In this document: positions 10,027 through 19,191 of the stretch, one piece after another | Layout: each line of letters begins with the position of its first letter | Numbering within the stretch: the stretch's first letter is position 1 | Source of the DNA: Myxococcota bacterium | GTDB taxonomy: Bacteria > Myxococcota_A > UBA9160 > UBA4427 | DNA length: 64,000 nucleotides | Assembly (NCBI GenBank): GCA_045106235.1 | Contig: JBGCEJ010000023.1 | Location: 444,823 to 508,822, forward strand | Reading direction: 5' to 3' | Notes under the pieces: model-generated | Told to the model about the DNA's origin: nothing | Databases searched by the model: none | The model's input: only the letters and a program-made list of their open reading frames with translations | Position numbers and translations under genes: made by a program

Positions 10027-10428
10027 GTGGCTGATTACGAAATCCCTGAAGACCTCCGCTATACCGCCGAAGACGAATGGATCCGCTCCGAAGGCGAAGA
10101 AGTCGTGATCGGCATCAGTCATTTCGCCCAAGACCAACTCGGAGACATTGTCTTCGTTGAGCTTCCCGAAGTCGGCGCCACCACCGAAGCGGGCACCCCC
10201 TTCGGTACGATCGAGTCGGTCAAAGCCGTCTCGGATCTCTTCGCTCCTCTGACCGGCGAGGTCCTCGGCATCAATGAAGCGCTGGAAGACCAGCCGGAGC
10301 TCGTGAATGAGAATTGCTACGGCGACGGCTGGCTGATCCGCCTGAAGCCGACCAAGCCCGATGAACTCCCGACCCTGCTCGAAAAAGCCGCGTACATCAA
10401 AACGATCGAAGAGCGCGAATCCGACTGA
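10027..10428 (+). CDS. gcvH: glycine cleavage system H protein
   Basis: AQDQLGDIVFVELP and the ESVKAVSD lipoyl-lysine motif. Alternative ATG at 10012. Confidence 0.93.
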   Translation: MADYEIPEDLRYTAEDEWIRSEGEEVVIGISHFAQDQLGDIVFVELPEVGATTEAGTPFGTIESVKAVSDLFAPLTGEVLGINEALEDQPELVNENCYGDGWLIRLKPTKPDELPTLLEKAAYIKTIEERESD

Positions 10429-10440
10429 GCGCGCAGCGCC

Positions 10441-10489
10441 TCTCACCTCCGCCTCTCACCTCCGCTTCTCACATCCGCTTCTCACATCT
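10441..10489. repeat. 13-bp tandem repeat, about 3.8 copies
   Basis: TCTCACCTCCGCC TCTCACCTCCGCT TCTCACATCCGCT TCTCACATCT; the last copy contains the stop codon of the TPR gene. Confidence 0.85.
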
Positions 10490-11588
10490 TGTCGGAGGCG
10501 CGATCCAGTCTCTGGCGAGCAACTTCGGCCCAGCTGCCCTGGGGATCGAGCTTGAGGTAGCGACGCCAATGCTGGGTCGCCCCCAGCATTCGGTCCAGCT
10601 TTTCGTAGAGCAGCGCCAGGTTGATATGCAAATCGGGATAGTGCGGATCGGAGGCCAGCGCGCGGCGGTAATGCGCCAACGCTGAATCATCCTCGCCCGC
10701 CTCCTCCAGCACATTCGCCAGATTGAAATTAGCCTCGACGTGATCGGCCTCGTAGTCGAGACAGGCCTCGAACGCGCGGCGCGCTTCGCCGAGTCGCCCC
10801 TGGTTGTACCGGACGGCGCCGAGATTGCAGTACGCGTCCGCGAAATGCGGATCAAGTTCAAGCGCGCGCTCGTATGCCTCCGTGGCCTCTTCCGACTTTT
10901 CCGAATCGGCGTCCAGCGCGCAGCCTCGTTCGAACCATGCGATCGCTTCGTCCGCGGGACTCTCTGCATCGAAGGGAGAAATGACCTTCGCCGCATCATG
11001 CTCCGCCAAGGAGGCCACCGGCTGACCGGCCGGATCCGCATCAAACTCAAGAAAGAGCTGACCGCCTGCCTCTTCGAGACGCCCGTCGTGACGAACAACG
11101 ATCCGTCGCGGGTCTTCGTCCCAGAGCCGAAGTGCTGCGGCCGGGTCATCCATTTCCGGGATGCGGTCGCGGACGGTTTCGAGATTGCGGCGGATCCGCT
11201 GAAGCGGGATGCCCTTGTCGAGGAGCGCGACGATGGCCCGCAAAACAACAAGATCGCGAAACGCGAACTGATCGTCGCCTTCCGTAGACCCCGGTGTAGA
11301 TCCCTGTGAAGACGCTGAAGAAGACGCTGAATAAGAAGACGCAGGTGCCTCTAGAGACGTCGCTTCTTCGTCCCCGGCATGCCCAGATTCGGATTGATCG
11401 GATTTCCGCTCGTCTGGTTGCTTGGCCTTCGCGGCAGAAGTCGCGGACGCCGTCTGTGATTCAGATGCGGACGCAGAATCCCCTTCACGCGAAAGCGCTT
11501 CCACCAGCTGCGTTTGCTGCCAGTAGCGCAGTCGGCGCGGCGAAACCTTCAGGATTCGAGCGACATCACCGAGCGAATAATCGGACAC
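10482..11588 (-). CDS. MerR-like HTH plus tetratricopeptide-repeat protein
   Basis: YSLGDVARILKVSPRRLRYW...FAFRDLVVLRAIVALLDKGIPLQRIR, followed by TPRs (AYERALELDPHFADAYCNLG). GTG start inferred. Confidence 0.8.
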   Translation of the reverse strand: MSDYSLGDVARILKVSPRRLRYWQQTQLVEALSREGDSASASESQTASATSAAKAKQPDERKSDQSESGHAGDEEATSLEAPASSYSASSSASSQGSTPGSTEGDDQFAFRDLVVLRAIVALLDKGIPLQRIRRNLETVRDRIPEMDDPAAALRLWDEDPRRIVVRHDGRLEEAGGQLFLEFDADPAGQPVASLAEHDAAKVISPFDAESPADEAIAWFERGCALDADSEKSEEATEAYERALELDPHFADAYCNLGAVRYNQGRLGEARRAFEACLDYEADHVEANFNLANVLEEAGEDDSALAHYRRALASDPHYPDLHINLALLYEKLDRMLGATQHWRRYLKLDPQGSWAEVARQRLDRASDKM

Positions 11589-11741
11589 GTCGCAAAGATG
11601 CCACGTTGCCGCGCCGGAGGGAACCATCTTTGACGTTTCAACCGGCGCATCGGAGATCGTCTTCAATCCGTCACGCCGCAAACACGGACAGGGCTGAAGC
11701 TTCGGATGCCCCCGGCACCGCCGAGCGTGTCATTGCGCGCC

Positions 11742-11750
11742 TGCTAAAGT
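11742..11750 (+). promoter_or_regulatory. extended -10 element for tRNA-Sec
   Basis: TG-C-TAAAGT ending 7 nt before the tRNA 5' end. Confidence 0.4.
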
Positions 11751-11757
11751 CTGCGAT

Positions 11758-11856
11758 GGCGAGGTTCCCGCGGCTGGTGCCCGGCCTCGACTTCAAATCG
11801 AGTGTGGATTGCGTCGCCGCGATCCAGGCGGGTTCGATTCCCGTCCCTCGCCGCCA
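11758..11856 (+). tRNA. selC: tRNA-Sec (anticodon UCA)
   Basis: CTCGA-CTTCAAA-TCGAG anticodon arm, 4-nt TGGT D-loop, 9-bp variable arm, GTTCGATTC T-loop, G discriminator and encoded CCA. Confidence 0.9.
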
Positions 11857-11908
11857 TGCCCTCGGCTCCGGGCGTTCAGGCAGCGCCGGGCAAGAAGACA
11901 CGCCCCGT

Positions 11909-14704
11909 TCATGCAGCCGGCGCGCTGCTCAGCAATCTTCCCGTCAACGAATCAGGAACACGGGCCACCTGCGCCGGCGTCCCTTCGGCGACCACGCGGC
12001 CACCGTGAGGCCCGCCACCTGGCCCGAGGTCGATGACCCAATCGGCACTCTCGATCACGTCGAGATCATGCTCAACCACGATCACGCTCGCGCCTGCTTC
12101 AATCACCTCATCGAGGCATTCAAGCAACACCGCGATATCCGCGGGATGAAGTCCCGTTGTCGGTTCATCGAAAATATAGAGCACGCCCGCGGCGCCCTCG
12201 ACGAGCGCCTGACCGAGGCGCAGCCGCTGATGCTCACCCCCCGAAAGCGTCGAGAGGGGCTGTCCCAGCGTGAGGTACCCCAGCCCCACCCTAACAAGGG
12301 GCTCAAGACGCTTCACGATTTTCGTATCCTTCTCGAAGATCACGCAGGCTTCTTCAAGCGAGAGGTCGAGCACTTCAATAATCGTTCGGCCCTCTACGCG
12401 AACATCGAGAACCTCTCGGCGGTAGCGCCGACCCGCACAGGCGTCACAGGGCACCTTCAAGTCATCCAGGAACTGCATATCGATCAGAACCTGACCGGCG
12501 CCCTCACACGCATCGCATCGACCGCCGGGCACGTTAAACGAGAAATAGCCTGCGCTCCAGCCGCGCGCCTTCGACTCCCGGGTCGCAGCGAAGCGCTGCC
12601 GAATGAGATCGAAGGCTTTCGTAATCGTCGCAGGGTTTGAGCGACCACTCCGCGTCGATGGATTTTGATCGACCACCACCACTTCATCAATGCGCTCAGC
12701 GCCTTCGATGCGCTTCCATTTTCGCCGTGAAGGATCGAGCGAGCCGCGAGGATCCAGACCGGGCACCAAAATATCCCGAATCAGCGTCGACTTCCCTGCG
12801 CCGGAGACTCCCGTGATCGCCACCAAACCCCGCAGCGGAATTTCAACATCGAGTCCGTCGAGGTTATTCGCCGCGGCGCCGATGATCTTAAGGCGCGGCG
12901 TCTTCGACAGATCGCGAGTCTCGCGTCCGGCACGGGTGAGTTCGCCCCGAAGTGCTGCCCCGGTTTTCGAGTCCTGGCGACTCCGGATCACATCGACCGA
13001 GCCCGCCTCAACGATTTCGCCGCCGCGCCGACCAGCCCCCGGTCCGATATCGATGACATGATCCGCCGCCTCGATCAGCTGTAGCGCATGCTCGACGACC
13101 ACCACGGTATTGCCCTGATCCCGAATTGCTTCGAGTACCCGCAAGAGCCGCGTCAGGTCCGCCGCATGCAGTCCGATGGAAGGCTCGTCTAGAACGTAGA
13201 GCGAAGCCGTCAGGCTACCGCCGAGGGCCGTCGCGAGCTGGATCCGCTGCGCCTCGCCGCCGGAGAGCGTGCGCACGGTGCGGTCGAGGGTCAGATAGCC
13301 AAGCCCCACCGCATGAATCGTCCGCAGCCGCGTATCAATCAATTCGAGCAGACGCCGCGCGCCCTCCCCGCCAATTGAGCGCGTGCGCAGGTCTTCGACC
13401 CAACCCAAGAGCTCGGCGAGCGTGCTGCGAGACAGCGAGGCAATCGATCGGCCCTCGATTTCCACCGCACGCGCTTCCTCGGAAAGCCGCGCGCCTTCAC
13501 ATTCCGGGCACGGGTCGTAGCGCCGATGCCGCGCGAGCTGAACGCGGGCCTGGACTTTGTAGCGCCGTCCTTCAAGCCACTTAAAAAAGGCCCGAACGCC
13601 GCCCCAATGTTCCTCGTCGCCTTCGAACACGAAAGCCTGCTCGGCCTCGCTCAGCTCCCCAAACGGCCGGTCAATATCCAGCCCCACCTCGCCGCACGCT
13701 TCAAGCAGCCGGAAACGCAGCCCCTTCGAAGTCTTCGTCGCAAAAGGCGCCACGGCGTCTTCGGCGAGGCTCTTGCTGGCGTCGGGGACGACTTTGTCCC
13801 AGTCGATCTCCGCGATCCGGCCAAAACCTTCGCAGGCGGCACAAGCGCCCAATGGATTATTGAAGGAAAAGAGCCCAGGACTTGGGTCTGGAAAGCGCCG
13901 CGCGCAGCCATTACAGACGCGACCTTCTCGGTAGGTACTCTCGGCTGAATCCCCATCCACCTCGCCCACATCGGCACGCCGAATGAGCAGCTCGCCTTCC
14001 CCACGCGAGAATGCGAGGGAGACCGCTTCGATGAGACGCGTCCGATCACTTTCCGCGTCGGTCACTTTCAGCCGGTCGATCAAGAGCCACCAAGGCTTCT
14101 TCTTCGACGGCTTGGCCCGGGGCGCCTTTTCCATGAGGTCGAGGAGCGATCCATCCTCCTGGACCAGTCGCGTATGTCCATCGCGCACGAGTTCGTCGCG
14201 AACCTGTGCCGCACGCCCTTCCCCCCGACGGATCGGTGCCGTCACCGAAATGCGTTCCCCCGGATGCGCCGCCAAGATTTGGTCCGTGGTCGCGAGAATC
14301 CCCCCTGCCTCGACCGGAGTCTTGCAATCGGGACAGATCGTTTCACCGACTCGGGCATACAAAAGCCGTAAATGTTCGAGCACTTCCGTCGCGCTGCCCA
14401 CGGTCGAGCGGGAGCCGGTCACGCCGTTACGCTGCTCAATCGCGATGGCCGGCGGCAGATTAGAAATATGGTCGACCTCGGGCCGCGGTAAGCGCTCGAG
14501 GAATTGACGTGCATAGGCCGACAGAGAACTGACGTAGCGCCTCTGCCCCTCGGCATAGAGCGTGTCGAAGGCCAGGGTCGATTTCCCGGAACCCGACGGC
14601 CCCGTCACAACGGTGAGCTGCCCAATCGGAATCGAGCAATCCACGCCGCGCAGGTTATGCGAGCGCGCGTTTTCGATCGTGATTGTATCTTGGGGGGTTC
14701 GCAT
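11909..14704 (-). CDS. uvrA: excinuclease ABC subunit A (UvrA family)
   Basis: Two ABC modules (GPSGSGKS, GVSGAGKS; LSGGEAQR, LSGGEHQR), AEGQRRYV, FSFN and CxxC zinc motifs. May be a second UvrA paralogue. Confidence 0.9.
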   Translation of the reverse strand: MRTPQDTITIENARSHNLRGVDCSIPIGQLTVVTGPSGSGKSTLAFDTLYAEGQRRYVSSLSAYARQFLERLPRPEVDHISNLPPAIAIEQRNGVTGSRSTVGSATEVLEHLRLLYARVGETICPDCKTPVEAGGILATTDQILAAHPGERISVTAPIRRGEGRAAQVRDELVRDGHTRLVQEDGSLLDLMEKAPRAKPSKKKPWWLLIDRLKVTDAESDRTRLIEAVSLAFSRGEGELLIRRADVGEVDGDSAESTYREGRVCNGCARRFPDPSPGLFSFNNPLGACAACEGFGRIAEIDWDKVVPDASKSLAEDAVAPFATKTSKGLRFRLLEACGEVGLDIDRPFGELSEAEQAFVFEGDEEHWGGVRAFFKWLEGRRYKVQARVQLARHRRYDPCPECEGARLSEEARAVEIEGRSIASLSRSTLAELLGWVEDLRTRSIGGEGARRLLELIDTRLRTIHAVGLGYLTLDRTVRTLSGGEAQRIQLATALGGSLTASLYVLDEPSIGLHAADLTRLLRVLEAIRDQGNTVVVVEHALQLIEAADHVIDIGPGAGRRGGEIVEAGSVDVIRSRQDSKTGAALRGELTRAGRETRDLSKTPRLKIIGAAANNLDGLDVEIPLRGLVAITGVSGAGKSTLIRDILVPGLDPRGSLDPSRRKWKRIEGAERIDEVVVVDQNPSTRSGRSNPATITKAFDLIRQRFAATRESKARGWSAGYFSFNVPGGRCDACEGAGQVLIDMQFLDDLKVPCDACAGRRYRREVLDVRVEGRTIIEVLDLSLEEACVIFEKDTKIVKRLEPLVRVGLGYLTLGQPLSTLSGGEHQRLRLGQALVEGAAGVLYIFDEPTTGLHPADIAVLLECLDEVIEAGASVIVVEHDLDVIESADWVIDLGPGGGPHGGRVVAEGTPAQVARVPDSLTGRLLSSAPAA

Positions 14705-14724
14705 CGGAATGAGTGCCGCTCGTA

Positions 14725-15087
14725 TTAGGCGCGTTTCGCGCCCGAAAAAATGAGTCGAAGTTTAAGGGCGAGAGACAGAGAACCAGAGATTTCGATTCGG
14801 TCTTCCATGTACAGGAGGTCCGGATTCTCGCGCTCTTCGAGGACGCCGAAGAAATCCTCTGAGTCCATGCGAAACACCACATCCGGCCCCGGAGTCCGGC
14901 CATCTCCCAAGGAAAGCCGACCATCGTCGACCCGCGCCCAAACCACACATGCGCGCTTCCCGGTCAGCTCAAGCTGGTAGATCGCCTGAACACCCTTCGC
15001 GGCCTCTGGCCGAAAGACATCGCGCATCCAAGCCTGCGCGCCCTCCATATTGAGCGGCGCGTCGTCAGCGGCCTCGCGCCCTGGCAT
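14725..15087 (-). CDS. SCP2 sterol-binding domain protein
   Basis: FRPEAAKGVQAIYQLELTG...PDVVFRMDSEDF...YMEDRIEISGSLSLALKL; starts 4 nt after the upstream stop. Confidence 0.8.
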   Translation of the reverse strand: MPGREAADDAPLNMEGAQAWMRDVFRPEAAKGVQAIYQLELTGKRACVVWARVDDGRLSLGDGRTPGPDVVFRMDSEDFFGVLEERENPDLLYMEDRIEISGSLSLALKLRLIFSGAKRA

Positions 15088-15091
15088 GGTC

Positions 15092-15433
15092 TCAGGCTTC
15101 CACAGTTGCGAGCCGCGCCGCGGACTCGGCATCACGTTCCCGGCCTTTGGCCGTTGCGGCAGTGGCAAGATCCCGCCAGGTCTGAGACGAAGGCTCATCC
15201 CCCAGCGCCGCACTTGCAGCCTTCATCAGAAAGACATCTCCGCGTTCGAGAGCGGCTTTCTGAAGCTGCCCGAGTTCATCCGTAGCCTCCGCGTGCGAAA
15301 GGAAATCGATCGCCTCAATTTCACGCCCCTGCTCAAGATAGGCGTCGGCGATTGCACGCGCCTTTTTAGCGTCGAGCTTTCCTTCCAGGAGATGACGCCG
15401 AGCGAGCGAATCGGGAAGTTTGATCTTGGCCAC
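15092..15433 (-). CDS. small all-helical hypothetical protein
   Basis: GTG start with AAGGAG RBS; 113 aa, Ala-rich. Confidence 0.7.
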   Translation of the reverse strand: MAKIKLPDSLARRHLLEGKLDAKKARAIADAYLEQGREIEAIDFLSHAEATDELGQLQKAALERGDVFLMKAASAALGDEPSSQTWRDLATAATAKGRERDAESAARLATVEA

Positions 15434-15456
15434 GAAAGTTCTCCTTAAAATATGTC

Positions 15457-15472
15457 CGCAAGGCATATGCCG
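15457..15472 (-). promoter_or_regulatory. candidate sigma-54 (-24/-12) promoter
   Basis: Minus strand CGGCATATGCCTTGCG has GG-N10-GC with GGCA and TTGC; predicted TSS near 15446, at the RBS. Confidence 0.45.
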
Positions 15473-15537
15473 AGCAGCGAATCGCCCCTCAACCGGAGGA
15501 CGGTCCACCCCCAGATCATACCGCGAGCGAGCCGGAC

Positions 15538-16713
15538 CTAGTAGCGGGGAACGCTCGGATCGACGGTGAGCGACCAGGCTTCGATGCCTCCGTCGAGGTT
15601 CGTGGCGCCCGTGAAGCCTCGACTCTGCAAGAGCCGAACGGCCTTTTCGCTTCGTCCGCCGTGATGACAATGCACGACAAACTCGGCGCCTTTCACATGA
15701 AGCAGCTCGCCGATCCGCGCCTCGAGCTCACCCAGCGGAATGCCGTGCGCCCCTTCGATCCGGGCCGTTTCGATCTCGTCGGCCTCTCGCACATCGAGGA
15801 GAAACACGGACTCGCCTGCACGCTGCCGAGCATCGAGATCCGCAGCCGAACACTCGGGCATCTCGCTCGGCGCCGTACCTTCTCGCGCCGGCATGCCACA
15901 AAAGCCTTCGTAGTCGATCAGCTCGGTAATTTCCGGTGCCTCGCCGCAAACGGGACATTGCGGGTCCTTCGACATTTTGAACTCGCGCCACTCCATCTCG
16001 AGGGCATCGTAATGAAGCAAGCGTCCCACCAGCGTCCGCCCCAAGCCCGTCAGGATCTTCATCGTCTCGGTGGCCTGTACAAGCGCGACCGTGCCCGGCA
16101 AGATCCCCAAGACGCCCCCCTCTGCACAGGAAGGCACGGCCCCCGGCGGCGGCGGCTCGGGATAGAGACAGCGATAGCAGGGCCCCTGCGTCGCGTCGAA
16201 AACGCTCGCCTGCCCCTCGAAGCGGAAGATCGAACCATGCACGTTGGGCTTGCCCAGCAGCACACAGGCATCGTTGGTCAGGTAACGCGTCGGAAAATTG
16301 TCCGTCCCGTCGACAATCACATCGTAGTCGGCGAAGAGTTCGAGCGCGTTGCTCGAATCGAGTCGCAAGGCATGCGTCTCCACCTGGACATCGGGATTCA
16401 GTCCCGTGAGCCGTGCCTTAGCCACTTCGACTTTGGGCCGACCAATATCCTCGGTCGAATACAAAATCTGGCGCTGCAGATTCGACGCTGAAACGACATC
16501 GTCATCGACCAATCCAATCCGGCCGACTCCTGCGGCGGCCAAGTATTGCGCCGTCGGGCAACCGAGGCCGCCTGCGCCGATCAACAGCACCGATGCAGAG
16601 AGAAGGCGCTGTTGGCCCTCAAGGCCGAGCTCAGGAAGCGTTAGATGCCGTCGGTAGCGATCGAATTGGTCTGGGCGAAGGGGGGTCTCAGAAGATTTCA
16701 TCACTCTCAGCAT
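15538..16713 (-). CDS. moeB: MoeB/MoeZ-type adenylyltransferase with C-terminal rhodanese domain
   Basis: RYRRHLTLPE, GAGGLG, SNLQRQ, GPCYRCLYP, CPVC and the rhodanese CHHGGRS motif. Confidence 0.92.
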   Translation of the reverse strand: MLRVMKSSETPLRPDQFDRYRRHLTLPELGLEGQQRLLSASVLLIGAGGLGCPTAQYLAAAGVGRIGLVDDDVVSASNLQRQILYSTEDIGRPKVEVAKARLTGLNPDVQVETHALRLDSSNALELFADYDVIVDGTDNFPTRYLTNDACVLLGKPNVHGSIFRFEGQASVFDATQGPCYRCLYPEPPPPGAVPSCAEGGVLGILPGTVALVQATETMKILTGLGRTLVGRLLHYDALEMEWREFKMSKDPQCPVCGEAPEITELIDYEGFCGMPAREGTAPSEMPECSAADLDARQRAGESVFLLDVREADEIETARIEGAHGIPLGELEARIGELLHVKGAEFVVHCHHGGRSEKAVRLLQSRGFTGATNLDGGIEAWSLTVDPSVPRY

Positions 16714-16836
16714 CTTCCCCCGAGGTCGCGGATATCCCAGCCCCGGGAGCCCCCAGCGCGAACTCAGTCAAACCCTAGCGAGCAAAACCCAAGAAAAGGA
16801 CCTGGACAGCGCTACAGCGAACGCATCTCGAAAAAA

Positions 16837-16923
16837 TGGTGCCGGAGGCGGGACTCGAACCCGCACGACCTTGCGATCGGGGGATTTTGAGTCCCCTGCG
16901 TCTACCGATTCCGCCACTCCGGC
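16837..16923 (-). tRNA. tRNA-Leu (CAA)
   Basis: GCCGGAGTGGCGGAATCGGTAGACGCAGGGGA-CTCAAAA-TCCCC...GGTTCGAGTCCCGCCTCCGGCACCA, with long variable arm. Confidence 0.96.
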
Positions 16924-16998
16924 AGCGGGCCGGCAGCATACCACGAAGCCCGCTGTACGGTCCCCCGTCGGGCCTCCGCTGCCGATCTTTTGCCGGCT

Positions 16999-17027
16999 TT
17001 GACAGCTTCCCCAGTCGTAGGTAAGGT
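16999..17027 (+). promoter_or_regulatory. sigma-70 promoter for tRNA-Ala
   Basis: TTGACA-N17-TAAGGT ending 12 nt before the tRNA. Confidence 0.7.
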
Positions 17028-17039
17028 CTGCGTCCCGGT

Positions 17040-17115
17040 GGGGCCGTAGCTCAGTTGGGAGAGTGCTTGAATGGCATTCAAGAGGTCGCGGGTTCGATTC
17101 CCGCCGGCTCCACCA
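17040..17115 (+). tRNA. tRNA-Ala (GGC)
   Basis: GGGGCCG/CGGCTCC acceptor with G3:U70, CTTGA-ATGGCAT-TCAAG anticodon arm, encoded CCA. Confidence 0.96.
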
Positions 17116-17347
17116 TTTACCTGCCACCTGTCACCTGTCGGACGACCGATAGGGAGAGGCGTTTAGCCTCCGCGTCGGCAGACGTGTTTATTTGCTCCGA
17201 GGGGCCCAAGGCCGGGGTCGTTCTGGCATCGCCTGAGCGCGCTGGCCCTGACGCTGGGCGAAGCAGCCCAATGCCTAAGACGCCCGTTGAGCGCGGCCAG
17301 CCCTTCATTCCGCGCGCGCGGGCTGCATGGGCATGCTCGGGCTGGAG

Positions 17348-17995
17348 CTAGAGGTCGCCTAGGACGAAGGTGCGGAAGAAGTAGTCGTCGGTTGAGTTGA
17401 CGAAGCCTGTGTCGTCATCGTCTTCAGAGCCCGTGCCATCGGCGAAGGGGTTGCCCGAAACGCCCAGGAGATTGGCGATCGGGTCGACGTCCGTGCTCGT
17501 AGCGCGACTGATGAACTCAACGACGATCGCGTACTCCTCGCCCATCGCAACGTCGCGGCTTTCGATGTCATCGCCGACATCGAACTCAGCAAATTCCGCC
17601 TCTCCGAAGGTGGGAAGCGTCGAGGTGTCGACGTCAATCGGCGTGATAATCGAACTCGATTCGTCGGAATCGGGAACGTCCATCGCGTCGAGGGGCCGAA
17701 CCGTGACGCGAACCGTTCCGTCATCATCTGAAGCGCCGTCGATCAAGACGATCCAGAACTCCTCGAACAGGCCCGACTCTTCTTCGATCGTGAAGGTCTG
17801 CGCAACGAGAAGATTCGCCTCGTTCAGCGGCCGAAGGACGCTCGCGGCGATATCAAAGTCGAATTCCGCATCCGCGCGGAGAACTCGGCCTTCCGGACTC
17901 CCTCCGCAGCCGAGCGCGAGGAGACCCACGAGGATCAAAAGACTGAGCTGCGTCGCAAGCGACGGGAGCCACTTAATCTGAGCATTCGGAAACAT
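17348..17995 (-). CDS. acidic lipoprotein of unknown function
   Basis: Hydrophobic signal ending in the LALGC lipobox; GGAGG RBS; very Asp/Glu-rich mature domain. Confidence 0.7.
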   Translation of the reverse strand: MFPNAQIKWLPSLATQLSLLILVGLLALGCGGSPEGRVLRADAEFDFDIAASVLRPLNEANLLVAQTFTIEEESGLFEEFWIVLIDGASDDDGTVRVTVRPLDAMDVPDSDESSSIITPIDVDTSTLPTFGEAEFAEFDVGDDIESRDVAMGEEYAIVVEFISRATSTDVDPIANLLGVSGNPFADGTGSEDDDDTGFVNSTDDYFFRTFVLGDL

Positions 17996-18030
17996 CACAC
18001 CCTCCAGTTCGAGACCGAACCTTTCCGTTT

Positions 18031-18059
18031 CCATCGGAAAATCAAGGCGATAGCTTGAG
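18031..18059 (-). promoter_or_regulatory. sigma-28-like promoter upstream of the lipoprotein gene
   Basis: Minus strand CTCAAG-N15-TCCGATGG. Confidence 0.6.
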
Positions 18060-18330
18060 TCGATGCGTGCGAAATGCACCCCTTGGCACCATACTCCTCG
18101 ACACTCCGCTTAATCCAATATTTTCAGTACTTTAGAGCTCTCAATCAAAGCAATGCATGAGGCCTTGACCCTTTTTCTGGCGCTCACCTGCCCTGCCCAG
18201 CCCTCGAATCAAGCCGGCTGCCCTCAATTCTGGCGACCTCTACGCTATCGCTTCCTCAAGTATCTGCGGCGCTGTCCCCCCTCACCAGCCCACCTTGCCC
18301 TCCTCCCCAAAGACCGAAGGATCCGAATCC

Positions 18331-19179
18331 ATGAGCGAAACGTCTGCCCCTATCCGAATCGAACGTAGCGACAAGATCGCCTGGGTGACCCTCGACGCGC
18401 CCCCGATGAATCTGCTCGGCGCGAACCTCATGGGGGCACTCTTCGGCCTTGTCGACGCTATGGAGAAAGACGAAGACAGCCGGGTCATGGTTCTGCGGAG
18501 CGCAGATCCTGACTTTTGGGTCGCCCATGGTGATGTGGAATCGATCACTCAAGTCCCGACCGACCCAGCCCCCGAAGCCGTCGAACTACCGATGACCCAC
18601 CTTCTCATGGAGCGCCTCCGCAAGCTGCCGCAGGTCACGATCGCGCAGATCGAAGGCTATGCCCGAGGCGGCGGCAGTGAACTCGCCCTCGCCTGCGATA
18701 TGCGTTTCGCGACCCTGGACAAGGCGGTCTTTGGGCAACCCGAAATCGCCCTCGGGATCCTACCTGGGGCGGGCGGAACGGCCCGGCTCACCCGACTCCT
18801 GGGGCGCGCCCGCGCTTCAGAGATCATCCTCGGCGGAGATGATTTCAGCGCCGCTGAGGCGGAGCGCTACGGCTGGATCAACCGCGCCCTGCCCGCAGAC
18901 GAGGTCGGCCCTTTCGTCGAGCGACTGGCGCGGCGCATAGCAACGTTCCCTCGCACCGCTCTCATCGCCGCGAAGCAAACCGTGCAAACGATCAGCGACC
19001 GCGACATGGAAGCCGACCTCCTCCTTGAGCAGCGGGCCTTTGACGCGCTGATGAGCGACCCCACGTCCGAGCGCGTCCCTAGAATGGAGCGCTTCCTCGC
19101 TAAGGGCATCCAGACCCGCGAAGGCGAGACCGGCCTCGCGAACGCCTGCGAGCGCCTCGGCGATCGAGATCCCGCTTAA
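18331..19179 (+). CDS. enoyl-CoA hydratase/isomerase family protein
   Basis: GYARGGGSELALACDMRFA and FGQPEIALGILPGAGGT crotonase motifs. Confidence 0.9.
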   Translation: MSETSAPIRIERSDKIAWVTLDAPPMNLLGANLMGALFGLVDAMEKDEDSRVMVLRSADPDFWVAHGDVESITQVPTDPAPEAVELPMTHLLMERLRKLPQVTIAQIEGYARGGGSELALACDMRFATLDKAVFGQPEIALGILPGAGGTARLTRLLGRARASEIILGGDDFSAAEAERYGWINRALPADEVGPFVERLARRIATFPRTALIAAKQTVQTISDRDMEADLLLEQRAFDALMSDPTSERVPRMERFLAKGIQTREGETGLANACERLGDRDPA

Positions 19180-19191
19180 CAGCCCGAAGGC

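Noticed and set aside
10441-10489. CRISPR array
   Set aside because: Contiguous 13-bp units without spacers, and no cas genes.
18255-18285. CTCAAG upstream of the enoyl-CoA hydratase (and another near 62445)
   Set aside because: No CCGA box at the required spacing.
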